Shown here: positions 46,720 to 56,798 of the stretch, piece by piece | Position numbering within the stretch: the stretch's first letter is position 1 | Layout: the number at the start of each line of letters is the position of its first letter | Origin: Candidatus Woesearchaeota archaeon | Lineage (GTDB): Archaea; Nanobdellota; Nanobdellia; Woesearchaeales; 21-14-0-10-32-9 | Direction: 5' to 3' | Assembly (NCBI GenBank): GCA_021735165.1 | Contig: JAIPHP010000004.1 | Coordinates: forward strand, 1-62,746 | Length of the DNA: 62,746 nt | The notes under the pieces: model-generated | Databases searched by the model: none | Seen by the model: only the letters and a program-made list of their open reading frames with translations | What the model was told of the DNA's origin: nothing | Position numbers and translations under genes: made by a program

Positions 46720-47552
46720 AATACTTATACGAAGAAACCTACTTATCTGACAAACATTTTAGTTTTGGAGAAAACTGGAAAATCTATCTTAAAAATTTGA
46801 ACAACAAAAAAATAAAATTAGCAGAGAAATCATTAATTGACTTCTTAAAAAATAAGGATGCAATAAAAAACAAAACTTTTTTGGACCTTGGCTGCGGAAG
46901 CGGGCTTTTTTCACTTGCATCAATTAATCTGGGTGCTAAAAAAGTTGTCAGTGTAGATGTAGACAAAGATTCTGTGGCTTGCGCTCAATTCTTAAAGAAA
47001 AAATATTGTAAAAATAATAATTCATGGAAAATAATCTATGGTTCTGCACTAAATGACTCTCTTTTGAAAAAATTAGGCAAATTCGATATAATTTACAGTT
47101 GGGGTGTTTTACACCACACAGGCGATATGTATAAAGCTTTTAAAAATATTGACTATGTTGCCAAAAAAGGTTCTTTTATATATCTTGCAATATATAATGA
47201 CAATAGAAAAGTTCTGGAAGGTAAATCTGTTTTTTGGCATAAAATAAAAAAAATTTACAATAAGTCAGGAACATTTGTAAAACAACTGATGTATCAAACG
47301 TACAAAACATACCTTATATTGGGAATAACTACATCTGGAAAAAATCCTGCAAAGTATATCCGTGAATACGAAACATTAAGAGGTATGAATTTTTATACAG
47401 ATATAAAAGATTGGTTAGGAGGATATCCATATCAATACGCGAGTGTGGAAACATTGACAAAATATTTTAGAAATAGGAATTATTCAATAGAAAAAATAAT
47501 AAAGGCTAGATCTATTGGTTGTAACGAACTGTTACTTAAACGGAAAAAATGA
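46701..47552 (+). CDS. Class I SAM-dependent methyltransferase
   Basis: HFSFGENW, FLDLGCGSG, YSWGVLHHTG, DWLGGYPY. Confidence 0.9.
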   Translation: MAQTKLKYLYEETYLSDKHFSFGENWKIYLKNLNNKKIKLAEKSLIDFLKNKDAIKNKTFLDLGCGSGLFSLASINLGAKKVVSVDVDKDSVACAQFLKKKYCKNNNSWKIIYGSALNDSLLKKLGKFDIIYSWGVLHHTGDMYKAFKNIDYVAKKGSFIYLAIYNDNRKVLEGKSVFWHKIKKIYNKSGTFVKQLMYQTYKTYLILGITTSGKNPAKYIREYETLRGMNFYTDIKDWLGGYPYQYASVETLTKYFRNRNYSIEKIIKARSIGCNELLLKRKK

Positions 47553-48334
47553 AAAAACTGACTAATAAAAAATATTGGAACAAAAACTATGATGGTACAA
47601 TAAATGTATTTATACAAAAGGCCACAAAGTTATCCTCTAAAAGCTTCTATTTTTACGATTTGAGAAAAAAAATAGAGAAGTATTTAAAGAAAAAATCTAA
47701 AATAATGGAAATAGGTTGCGCCCCCGGAAATATATTAATATCTCTTTCAAAAAAATATGACTTGATACCTCACGGCGTAGAATACTCTAAAGAAGGAGCA
47801 GAAATTACAAAAAGAAATTTTGAAAAAGAAAATTTTGAAACAAAAAATGTTCTGTTGGCAGATTTTTTTTCAGAAAAATTTCAAAATAAAAACAAGGAAA
47901 AATACGATGTGGTGTGCTCTTTTGGGTTTATAGAACATTTCAAAGATGTGAAAAACGTTGTTAAATTACATCTAGATTTACTAAAAAAAGAAGGCACACT
48001 AATAATAGGAATACCTAATCTTTCTAAACAAAGCAACATTTTCTTAGAAAAAGAAATCATAGACAAACACAACCTAAATATAATGGATATAAAAAAATTA
48101 AAACAAATAATGCCGAAGAATGTTCAAATAAAAAAATGCTGTTACTACGGAGGCCCTTTTAACATAGGTCATTATAAATATGAAAATAAAATTCTCGAGA
48201 TTCTGAAAACAATCTTTTTTATTTTTCAAAGAGCGATATTAGATCCTTTATTTTACCTACTGAGTTTGATAAAAATATATTTAAATAACAAATATTTTTC
48301 TCCAGGAATAGTGCTTGTGTGTGTGAAAAAATGA
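47549..48334 (+). CDS. Class I SAM-dependent methyltransferase
   Basis: MEIGCAPG, GVEYS, SFGFIEHF, IGIPN. Confidence 0.9.
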   Translation: MKKLTNKKYWNKNYDGTINVFIQKATKLSSKSFYFYDLRKKIEKYLKKKSKIMEIGCAPGNILISLSKKYDLIPHGVEYSKEGAEITKRNFEKENFETKNVLLADFFSEKFQNKNKEKYDVVCSFGFIEHFKDVKNVVKLHLDLLKKEGTLIIGIPNLSKQSNIFLEKEIIDKHNLNIMDIKKLKQIMPKNVQIKKCCYYGGPFNIGHYKYENKILEILKTIFFIFQRAILDPLFYLLSLIKIYLNNKYFSPGIVLVCVKK

Positions 48335-49509
48335 AAATAGGATTTGGAATAATACTGTATGACAAATTTGAAGAAACTAAAATACTAGCAGACATCATAA
48401 AAAGTTTCGACAAAAATTTTTATGTGTTAGCATGTACAAATAAATCTGATTCTGAGCACAAATTAAAGTATGAAAATATAGATAGACTGGTTATTGGCGA
48501 AGATTTGCCTTTCGATACAAACAAATGGTCTACAGAAAGACACAATATTAACTTGATAATGAGGGTCACGAGAAACATACAACAGTGCAATCAGGAACTT
48601 ATAAAAAATAAAGATTTAGATTATTGTGTTTTTCTACATTCTGACTCTTGGATGTTAGACCCTAAAAAAATTTATGAGCTGATAAATACTTTAAAAAAGA
48701 AGGAAAAAATATTTGCCGTTATGGGTGTCGGATTCGGAATGATGACAAAAAATGCTCCTCTTGGTAACATATTAGATATGCTCTGGATTTATGATAGGAA
48801 AGAGATAGAAACCAGAAGATTGTTTGAATTTGATGTTGTAGAAATGATGCCGCATCAATTTGATTCTCATGGCATAATTGCAAACAACCTAGTAACAAAA
48901 GTAGGTTTTAGTAATATCTATTATTATGCAAATACAGGAAATGCATATTTCTGGAAAAATAAATATTCTACGCAAAGCAATTCAAAATATAAATATACTA
49001 CCAATGCGACGCCAGCCTTAATAATTCCAGAATATAATTTTATACACATACATACAGGTGCATTTCCAGAAGACTTAGGCTTAGAACTTCAAGCATATTA
49101 TCTTCGTGAAAATAATATACTTAAAGGTAAAACAATAGAACCATTTTTGAATAAATATACGATGAGTCCAAAAAAACTGTTTGAGAAAATAGAAGAAACC
49201 GACAGGAAAACAAAAAGAAGATTGTTTTGGCATGGTTTAAGCTATGAATCTTTAAGATGGGGTAAAAATTATGAAAAAATAAATCGTTTTTTAAATAGGA
49301 AAATACACAAAAAAATAAAAACGATTTTTTGGTGCTGGGCATTAACTATATTTACAACAATAGTGAAGAGAGAAGCTTATTATCAATATTTTTATGGTTC
49401 AAAAATAAAAGAACCGCTTAATGTATTTTATTCAAAAAATTTATTCAAAAAAGAAATAATTGAAAAACAAGGCCATAGTAAATGGTATTATGATAAAAAT
49501 TTAAAATGA
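48331..49509 (+). CDS. Hypothetical protein, possibly a divergent GT-A glycosyltransferase
   Basis: Operonic; VFLHSDSW resembles a DxD-type motif; family not recognised. Confidence 0.6.
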   Translation: MKIGFGIILYDKFEETKILADIIKSFDKNFYVLACTNKSDSEHKLKYENIDRLVIGEDLPFDTNKWSTERHNINLIMRVTRNIQQCNQELIKNKDLDYCVFLHSDSWMLDPKKIYELINTLKKKEKIFAVMGVGFGMMTKNAPLGNILDMLWIYDRKEIETRRLFEFDVVEMMPHQFDSHGIIANNLVTKVGFSNIYYYANTGNAYFWKNKYSTQSNSKYKYTTNATPALIIPEYNFIHIHTGAFPEDLGLELQAYYLRENNILKGKTIEPFLNKYTMSPKKLFEKIEETDRKTKRRLFWHGLSYESLRWGKNYEKINRFLNRKIHKKIKTIFWCWALTIFTTIVKREAYYQYFYGSKIKEPLNVFYSKNLFKKEIIEKQGHSKWYYDKNLK

Positions 49510-50351
49510 ATGCACTCAATAAGATTACCAACATATTAACATACATATACTTATTAAAAGAAGAAAAAGAAGAACCTAGAAAGCTTTTTTTTTCTTTTAT
49601 AAAACTAGGAATTTTAAGATTGATAAAAACAAAAAGAAAAAAAATCAAGGTCTTTGATTATAAAATATTATTTTATGACTTTAAAACATTTCACGAAATT
49701 TTTCTGGCCCTGTTTGTAAATAAAGAATACTATTTTAAATCAGACAAAAAAAAACCTAAAATAATAGACTGTGGCTCAAATATAGGTTTGTCGATTCTGT
49801 TTTTCAAAAAAAAATATCCTGGCTGCAGTATCTTAAGTTTTGAACCGGACAAAGACACATTTAAAATACTCAAAAAAAATCTTGATATAAATAAAATAGA
49901 AAATGTTGTTTTGGTTAATAAAGCAGTAAGTTCTAAAATCGAGAAAAAAAGTTTTTATATAGATTCTAAAATAAGATTTTCGCCTGGTATGAGTCTTTTC
50001 TCAAGATTGGAAAAACAAACGAAAACAACAAAGAAAACTACAATACACACAACAAAATTGTCTAAATATATAACTGAATGGATAGATTTTATGAAAATAG
50101 ATATAGAAGGAAGTGAAATCGATGTTCTATTAGATTTAGATAAGACAAAAAAAATAAGCATAGTTAATGAAATGGTTATAGAATATCATCACAATACACA
50201 TGACAACAATAAATTATCAAAAATTTTAGAAATTTTGGAAAGTAACAATTTTGATTATGAAATTCAGTCTTTGACAAAAACACCATTTAAAGGGGAAAAA
50301 AGCAAATTCTATAATTTGCTAATACACGCTTTTAGAAAAGATGCTGAGTAA
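49506..50351 (+). CDS. FkbM family methyltransferase
   Basis: IIDCGSNIG, SFEPD, KIDIEGSE, IEYH. Confidence 0.92.
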   Translation: MNALNKITNILTYIYLLKEEKEEPRKLFFSFIKLGILRLIKTKRKKIKVFDYKILFYDFKTFHEIFLALFVNKEYYFKSDKKKPKIIDCGSNIGLSILFFKKKYPGCSILSFEPDKDTFKILKKNLDINKIENVVLVNKAVSSKIEKKSFYIDSKIRFSPGMSLFSRLEKQTKTTKKTTIHTTKLSKYITEWIDFMKIDIEGSEIDVLLDLDKTKKISIVNEMVIEYHHNTHDNNKLSKILEILESNNFDYEIQSLTKTPFKGEKSKFYNLLIHAFRKDAE

Positions 50352-50365
50352 ATACTCTTAATAAT

Positions 50366-51200
50366 TTATTTTTTCTTTACTGAATAAAATATTAAATAAA
50401 ACAGCATTTCCTTTTTCAAAATCTTTTTTCGAGTAAACAGGCATATTTTGAGATAGTGTATTTTTTAAAATATTTTCATAATAATAATGATTAAAACTGT
50501 GTTTGCTAAGCCGTTTTTGAATATTATCAAATTTTTTTGAGCTAGTCTCAATTCATAAATATTTAATGTGCTTGAGATTTCTTTTCATACCTTCTAACAC
50601 TTCTTCTTCATGCCCTTCAACATTTATCTTCGCAAAGTCTACTTTAGACTTGAAAAAAGAGTTACATCTTTTCACAGCGATATTTCGAAAAGAAGTATAA
50701 TTATATCCCTGATTAAATTTTGAAAACTGCTTGTCTAATGTGTGCGCACCGTCGTTATCTTCACAAACCCACAATTTTAAAATAGTTTCATTATTATAAA
50801 GAGCGTATGACTTCACAACAACATTATTCAAATTATTTAATTGTATATTTTTCTTCAATTTTAAAGGATTTTTTGTTCTGGTTCAAAACAAAAGATTTTT
50901 ACACTTAGTGGCTACGGCAATAACCACAACGCCATTATTAGCACAAACATCTACAAAAACTGTGTTTTTTGTCAATTTTTTTGAAGTAAAATCATAAATG
51001 ATGTTAAATTCATCCAAAAAAATCTCGTCTATCAACATAATATTTTATGTTTATCATTAAAACAAATTGTATATCCCGATGTTTAATTTCTTTTAGAATT
51101 TTTATTGATTTCTTTTGATTTTTTAAATATCCATCAAAAAAATAATGTCCTACTTTTCTTGTTGTTTCTGAACCTTTTTGAAACATTTTTGCTAAACCCG
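50366..51200 (-). pseudogene. Decayed FkbM family methyltransferase
   Basis: VDVCANNG, then a frameshift to KIFCFEP, a second shift to LKKNIQLNNL, KINVEGHE, and an in-frame TGA (KYL*IETS); 5' end lies next to the palindromic element. Confidence 0.75.
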
Positions 51201-51227
51201 CCTTAAAATAATGAAAATCTCTGTTCC

Positions 51228-51328
51228 GAGTCTATCCGCGCCCTAAAAGATGCGGCATTACGATTCAGTCGCCTAGACGGAATTTTCAGATTGCGTACTA
51301 TCGACCTAAAGGTGGGTGTATTAAACCC
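51228..51328. mobile_element. Degenerate non-autonomous remnant with two tandem IS200/IS605-end-like hairpins
   Basis: GAGTCTATCCGCGCCCTAAAAGATGCGGCATT and TATCGACCTAAAGGTGGGTGTATTAAACCC; GC-rich island resembling 19253-19284; no transposase in the window. Confidence 0.5.
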
Positions 51329-51425
51329 CCTTCACTAGCGCGCAATAATAATCACCGAACAAAGAAAAAATAAGCTAAAAATCTTCAAAACATTAAATGA
51401 AATAAATTTTATATTCATAAAAAAA

Positions 51426-51896
51426 CTACTCAAAATTGAGGCCCCCCAAAAATTTTTCGATTATGTGTAAACACGCATCAAGCACAGCGCCTTCTCCAGA
51501 ATTGTGCTCAGTAACATAATCTGCCTTATCTCTTGTCAATTTAAACGCATTCTTTGGAGCAATACTATACCCTACTTCATCAAAAATTTTAGCATCGTGA
51601 ATTCCATCACCCACATATATCGTTGTTTTCAAATCAAAATTTTCTTTCAGCCAATCAAGTCTTTCTTTTTCGGATATAAGTGTTAATTTTATGCCCATGT
51701 CGTCCTGAATCCTTCTTTTAGTTATTTCAAATCCCCTTTTATCAGCAGAAATGGCTTGAATTTTTATTTTATTTTTTAGCAATTTTATACCATCTGCATC
51801 GTGAGCGCCAAACATCTTTCCTATTTTACCATCTTTTGTATAGAGAAATTGTCCTGTTGTAAATACCCCATCCACATCAAAAATAACACAGTTCAT
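51426..51896 (-). CDS. HAD phosphatase, KdsC/YrbI-like
   Basis: VIFDVDGVFT motif I, DADGIK, YVGDGIHD motif IV, GEGAV. Confidence 0.9.
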   Translation of the reverse strand: MNCVIFDVDGVFTTGQFLYTKDGKIGKMFGAHDADGIKLLKNKIKIQAISADKRGFEITKRRIQDDMGIKLTLISEKERLDWLKENFDLKTTIYVGDGIHDAKIFDEVGYSIAPKNAFKLTRDKADYVTEHNSGEGAVLDACLHIIEKFLGGLNFE

Positions 51897-53464
51897 TTTT
51901 CTAAATTTTCGTACAACATCAATTTTCCAAAGTAATATAAAAACTTATCGTATGGATGATGATGAAGTGGAGCAATATTTAGATAAATTAGCGCGGTTAA
52001 AACTTTTACTTTCTTAATATCGTAATTGTTTTCCTCTAAAAAATCAAGATAGATTTTTTCACATTCTACTAACTGCTGAGGTCTTAAAATGTCACATTTT
52101 ACCCCATTTGAAGTGTTTTCGATTGTATAAAGATCTTTTTTTACAATCCCATGATTAACAATCATTCCGTGGTACAATTTGGCCAAATCATAATATAAAT
52201 CTCCGCAATCAAATAACCCTCCAAAATTTTGTCTCCAGTCTAGCAATAAAAATGAATCTTTTGTGATTAAAGTATTTTCAAAATGTAAATCGCCATGAAA
52301 TTTTATGGGCACTCCTTGATTGAGCCATCCCGAGAAATCTATTTTGGACAAAATATTTTTTAAAGGAGGGGTATATATACCATTAATAACATCCGTTTCG
52401 TCTTTAAATTTGTGTTTTTCATAGAATTTTATTATTCTTTCATTTGTTTTTATTCTATAAAATTTGTCGCAGACATCCACGAATTTTCCGTTTTCTTTGT
52501 AGTCTATATCAACGAATAAATTTTTCTGCAACCAATGCAGATATTTTTTAAACACTTGCGTATCTATGAATTCTGCAAGAACATCGCCTTCTATGAATTC
52601 ATATGAATAAAAATGTTCGCCTGCATCTATAATCTTAGGAACTAAATTTCCCAAGATCTTTGCACGCTTAAGTCTGCCAGAAACTATTTTTTTGTCATAA
52701 AAAAATTTTATTACTTTGTCATCAAATATGAATAGGGTCTCGTCTATTTTTTCTAGAATTTCAAATTTGTCCGGAAATTCATCTCTTGCCTTATTTAAAG
52801 CTTTAATATTGCCTATATCGTACCATTTGTTTATTGATTTGTATTTAAATTTTGCACCTTTTGAGATCATGTCTTCTATACCTGATATGTCATTCAACGA
52901 AGAATCCTCGGGGTTATTTTTATACACAGATTCCAAAGATTTCCAAAAAGTGGAAAAATCGCTAATGCCTACTAAACCTATATGAATGTAATCGTAATCT
53001 GAGGCTCCTTTTTTTAAAAATTCGGTAACATTTTCTTTTTGGGTTACAAAACTAGCATATTGACTACTATCGTCCAGTTTGTAGCCTGCAACCCAATTAT
53101 CTGTTTCTGGATTTGGAAGTTCTTCGTCTATAATTGTATCTGCTGCATGAAAAATAAATGGGCATTGTAACTCATTTTTTGCCTGAAGCATGGAATATGC
53201 TAAACTCGTTCCCGGACCTTCATATTTATCTACAGTTACAAAAGTTATGTCCCTATCTGGGTAAGCTAACTTACAAAATTCTTCTACTTGATTTGCGTAG
53301 TAACCTACCGTAATAACTAAAGGCGTTGACTTAGGATAATTTTCAATTATGTACGACAACGCGGGTTTTTTACCTATTCTTACTAAGGCTTTATTTGTAT
53401 ACTTTGTCAATTCTCCTAGTCTACTACCAATTCCTGAAGTTGTTATCAAAACTTTGTATGTCAT
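51893..53464 (-). CDS. Fusion: nucleotidyltransferase plus APH/choline-kinase-like phosphotransferase
   Basis: TSGIGSRL...NKAL, HAAD, WYDIG; C-terminal FHGDLHFEN (Brenner-like motif), LLDWR, YDLAKL. Confidence 0.85.
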   Translation of the reverse strand: MTYKVLITTSGIGSRLGELTKYTNKALVRIGKKPALSYIIENYPKSTPLVITVGYYANQVEEFCKLAYPDRDITFVTVDKYEGPGTSLAYSMLQAKNELQCPFIFHAADTIIDEELPNPETDNWVAGYKLDDSSQYASFVTQKENVTEFLKKGASDYDYIHIGLVGISDFSTFWKSLESVYKNNPEDSSLNDISGIEDMISKGAKFKYKSINKWYDIGNIKALNKARDEFPDKFEILEKIDETLFIFDDKVIKFFYDKKIVSGRLKRAKILGNLVPKIIDAGEHFYSYEFIEGDVLAEFIDTQVFKKYLHWLQKNLFVDIDYKENGKFVDVCDKFYRIKTNERIIKFYEKHKFKDETDVINGIYTPPLKNILSKIDFSGWLNQGVPIKFHGDLHFENTLITKDSFLLLDWRQNFGGLFDCGDLYYDLAKLYHGMIVNHGIVKKDLYTIENTSNGVKCDILRPQQLVECEKIYLDFLEENNYDIKKVKVLTALIYLNIAPLHHHPYDKFLYYFGKLMLYENLEK

Positions 53465-53465
53465 T

Positions 53466-54143
53466 TTAATTATCTAAGTTTTTATCTATTTTTTCTCTAA
53501 ACTTTTTTGTGGTTTGAATTAAAGTGCCTTCTTTAGGTCTAAAAAGAGATGACGTTCCACCCACCAAAATATCAGCACCACTTTTTATCATTAAATGTGC
53601 TGTTTCTGGATTAACACCACCATCAATCATTATTTTTATATTTGTGCCCTTTATTTTTTCTTTGACAGCTCTAATTTTATCATATATTTTAAGGATAATC
53701 TTGTGTCCTACAATGCCCGGATTAATTGCCATTAACATGATATACTCTATTTCCTCCAATATATAATCCAAGGACGATAAAGGTGTTGCAATATTTAGTA
53801 CAACTCCTGCTTTAACATTATTTTCTTTTATAATTTTTAATGTTCTATGCAAATGTAAATTATTTTCTACATGAACATAAATTATGTCCGCTCCAGCATT
53901 TGAAAATATAGGTATGTACTCCTCCGGGTTTGAAATCATGAGGTGAACATCTATTGGTTTCTTTGTCAATTTTCTTATTCCAGATAGCATTTCTGGAAAT
54001 ACACCTAGTCTTGGCACAAAATGACCATCCATAACATCAAAATGAATATACTCTATTTTGGATTCATTTATATTCTTTACTTCATTTTCAAGATTCATTA
54101 AATCTGCACAAATTAAAGACGCACTTAATTCGTATTTTTTCAT
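53466..54143 (-). CDS. Ribulose-phosphate 3-epimerase family protein (Rpe/AlsE-like)
   Basis: SASLICAD, HFDVMDGHFVP, DVHLM, MIDGGV, VGGT. Confidence 0.92.
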   Translation of the reverse strand: MKKYELSASLICADLMNLENEVKNINESKIEYIHFDVMDGHFVPRLGVFPEMLSGIRKLTKKPIDVHLMISNPEEYIPIFSNAGADIIYVHVENNLHLHRTLKIIKENNVKAGVVLNIATPLSSLDYILEEIEYIMLMAINPGIVGHKIILKIYDKIRAVKEKIKGTNIKIMIDGGVNPETAHLMIKSGADILVGGTSSLFRPKEGTLIQTTKKFREKIDKNLDN

Positions 54144-54145
54144 TT

Positions 54146-54706
54146 TTACTCCAAATTTGAATGTCTTTCCCACATAGTTTCGTGAGATTCATTAAGCTTT
54201 TCCATTAATAACAAAACAACAGCGTCAAAAAACAAACCTAAACATTGCTCATTTAGCGAAGTCATAGGTTGGACCGATATTAGACCCTCAACGTCCTTGA
54301 TTTTTGAAGGCGCTTTAAGCAACAAAACAACATCTGCTAATTTCGCCATTCTTGATTCCTCATTTCCCGTTATCAAACAAACCACAGCTCTGTTTTTTTT
54401 GGCAATTTCAACAACATCAAAAATCGTTTGAGTTTCACCTGAACCAGAACTTACTAGTAATAAATCATTTTCAGATATGTTAGGCACATTACTATCTCCC
54501 AACATATAACTATCTAATCCTAAATGTTTTAACCTCATAGCAAAACCTCTTGTAGCATAACCAACCCTACCTGCTCCGATACAAACAATTTTTTTAGATT
54601 TTAAAATTTTGTCGATAAACTCAGAGATATTAGAAAAATCAGAATGTGAAAAAACGTGGCTTATTTCATTTATAATAACATTAACTTTTTCATTAATTTC
54701 TACCAT
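54146..54706 (-). CDS. SIS-domain sugar-phosphate isomerase (HxlB/Phi-like)
   Basis: GAGRVG, FAMRLKHLG, SGSGET, SRMAKLAD, HSNLE C-terminus; start placed at MVEINEK (ATG 54706). Confidence 0.9.
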   Translation of the reverse strand: MVEINEKVNVIINEISHVFSHSDFSNISEFIDKILKSKKIVCIGAGRVGYATRGFAMRLKHLGLDSYMLGDSNVPNISENDLLLVSSGSGETQTIFDVVEIAKKNRAVVCLITGNEESRMAKLADVVLLLKAPSKIKDVEGLISVQPMTSLNEQCLGLFFDAVVLLLMEKLNESHETMWERHSNLE

Positions 54707-54829
54707 GCATAAAAAAAAAACTGATGTTTTATATATTTTTGCAATATCAAAACACAGAAAAAAAAAGAGTAAAGTTGCCACTGAATAATAGTTAAAAAGC
54801 GAAAAATTTATATATCCAAATGAATTATA

Positions 54830-55477
54830 ATGAGCATGAAGAAAATAAATCATGAAAAAATTAAAGAAATATACGATTACATGATCTCAGAAACTGTACC
54901 CCTAGAGAAAGCAGAACCGACAGATTTAGCGTTTGTTTTTGGACGCTTCGATCCAAAAATAGCAGAGAAAACAGCGGAAGCATATAAATCAGGCAAAATC
55001 AAACGAATATTAATTACAGGAGGAATAGGAAAAGACTCCGGAATACTTGCAGAATATGGCATTTCAGAAGCAGATTTTCAAAAATCTTTATTAATATACG
55101 AACACAAAATACCCGAAAATGAAATAATTACAGAAGAAACAGCAAAAAATGCTGGAGAAAACAGCAGAAAAGGAATAGAAACAATACTGCAAAAGGAAAT
55201 ACCTCACAAATCTATGATTATGATTATGCATCCCTTGTCAGCAAAAAGAGTCTACTCCGTGTTTAAACTAGAAGCTGAAAAAAAAGGATTCACGTCTGAA
55301 ATACAACAAACAACATCAGACTATGCATTTGATATCAATAACGAACAAGACGTGAATGAACTGATGACTGAAATGATAAAATTGTACGAATGGCCTAAAA
55401 ATGATTGGTGTGTAAAACAAAAAAAAATACCCTCAAAGCTAGTAGACTACGCAAAAAACAATCTTGCACGAGGTTGA
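54830..55477 (+). CDS. YdcF/DUF218 (ElyC/SanA-like) family protein
   Basis: AFVFG, ILITGGIG, SEA, ITEETAKNAGEN. Confidence 0.8.
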   Translation: MSMKKINHEKIKEIYDYMISETVPLEKAEPTDLAFVFGRFDPKIAEKTAEAYKSGKIKRILITGGIGKDSGILAEYGISEADFQKSLLIYEHKIPENEIITEETAKNAGENSRKGIETILQKEIPHKSMIMIMHPLSAKRVYSVFKLEAEKKGFTSEIQQTTSDYAFDINNEQDVNELMTEMIKLYEWPKNDWCVKQKKIPSKLVDYAKNNLARG

Positions 55478-55533
55478 GAATCTTAAAAAATGTTTCAGAC
55501 AAAATTTATAAATTACCCGGAATTATTTAACAT

Positions 55534-56610
55534 ATGAAGAAAATACTTTGGTTAGCTTATGGACCCAACACGATATATCTTGAATTAGCTAAAGAATTGG
55601 GCAAAAATGCTGAACTTAAACTAATATTTGTAGAAAAGTTCAAAGCATTTGACATAAAGGATAAAAATTACGAAATAATTATTAAAAAACACAAAACAAA
55701 CTATGTTTATTCTACAAAAAAGTTTTTTGAAAAAAGAGATATAGCTTATTTGATATATTTTCCCGGATTAGAGAAAACTATAAGCGCTATTAATCCAGAT
55801 ATAATTATTTCTAACCTTTGGTACATGCCGGCCACATGGCAGGCAGCAAAAATAGCCAAAAAACTTAACACTCCTTTTTATCTTCAAACAGAAATGCAGT
55901 TATTTCCAGGAGGCATTTCTGGAATAATTAGTAAAATCTTATTCAAATTCAAAAAGAACATGTTTTATCAGGCAGAAAAAATATTGCCGTGGACAAATAG
56001 ATCTAAAGATTTTTTGATTAAACAAATGCCTGAATTAAAAAACAAAATAGAGGTTGTTCCTGCAGGAATAGACAACAAAATGTTTTATCCTGTAAAAAGA
56101 AAAAAAAGCAAAACTTTGCGTCTGCTTTTTGTGGGTAGAATGGTTCCTTATAAGAGTCTTCATCTTCTTTTAGAAGCAATAAAACAATTAAAAGAAAAAA
56201 ACATAACTTTGTCTGTATATGGTGAAGGTCCACTAAAAGAGGAATATGTTAAGTTTGTAAAAACGAACAAGTTAAAAAATTGTGTGTTCTTCGAAAAGCC
56301 ATATAAGCGAGAAGCTTTCAAAAAGATCTGTGCTGAGCATGACGCTTTAGTTCTTCCAAGCTACAACGAAGCAATCGGCATGGTCGTTCCAGAAGCATTA
56401 GCGTGCGGTCTACCTGTAATTGTCTCTGATACTGCAGGAGCAACAACGTATGTCGAGCATGGAAAAAACGGTTTGATATTCAAGACAGGAAACCTGAAAG
56501 ATTTAATAAATAAAATTAAGATTATTAAAAAAGACAAATTAAAAGGTTATTTGAACAAAAAATATTTTTTACAAAATACCGGGCTAAAATCACTTATAAC
56601 CCAAGTTTGA
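55534..56610 (+). CDS. GT4 glycosyltransferase
   Basis: FVGRMVPYK, EAIGMVVPEALACG, SDTAG. Confidence 0.92.
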   Translation: MKKILWLAYGPNTIYLELAKELGKNAELKLIFVEKFKAFDIKDKNYEIIIKKHKTNYVYSTKKFFEKRDIAYLIYFPGLEKTISAINPDIIISNLWYMPATWQAAKIAKKLNTPFYLQTEMQLFPGGISGIISKILFKFKKNMFYQAEKILPWTNRSKDFLIKQMPELKNKIEVVPAGIDNKMFYPVKRKKSKTLRLLFVGRMVPYKSLHLLLEAIKQLKEKNITLSVYGEGPLKEEYVKFVKTNKLKNCVFFEKPYKREAFKKICAEHDALVLPSYNEAIGMVVPEALACGLPVIVSDTAGATTYVEHGKNGLIFKTGNLKDLINKIKIIKKDKLKGYLNKKYFLQNTGLKSLITQV

Positions 56611-56798
56611 CAGTTTGCTAATTATTTTGTTTCTGAAAAAGTGTCCGTTTTTTATTAAAAAAGCGTACTTTTGTAAGTGAAATGTGAACAAATCCACAGT
56701 ATTATAGAACCAACCCTCTCTTTTTGTTTTGTTTATTAAATATCTTTTTAACGATTTCATCTAAAAAAAGAAGAGCAATAATTTAAATAATTTTTCAT

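Noticed and set aside
50366-50560. TGA readthrough (selenocysteine or alternative genetic code)
   Set aside because: The in-frame TGA lies in a gene that also has two frameshifts; other genes in the window end normally at TGA.
53466-54706. Housekeeping RuMP pathway call (hxlB plus rpe)
   Set aside because: No hexulose-phosphate synthase nearby, and the genes are coupled to a nucleotidyltransferase-kinase and a HAD phosphatase inside a glycan locus, so gene symbols were withheld.
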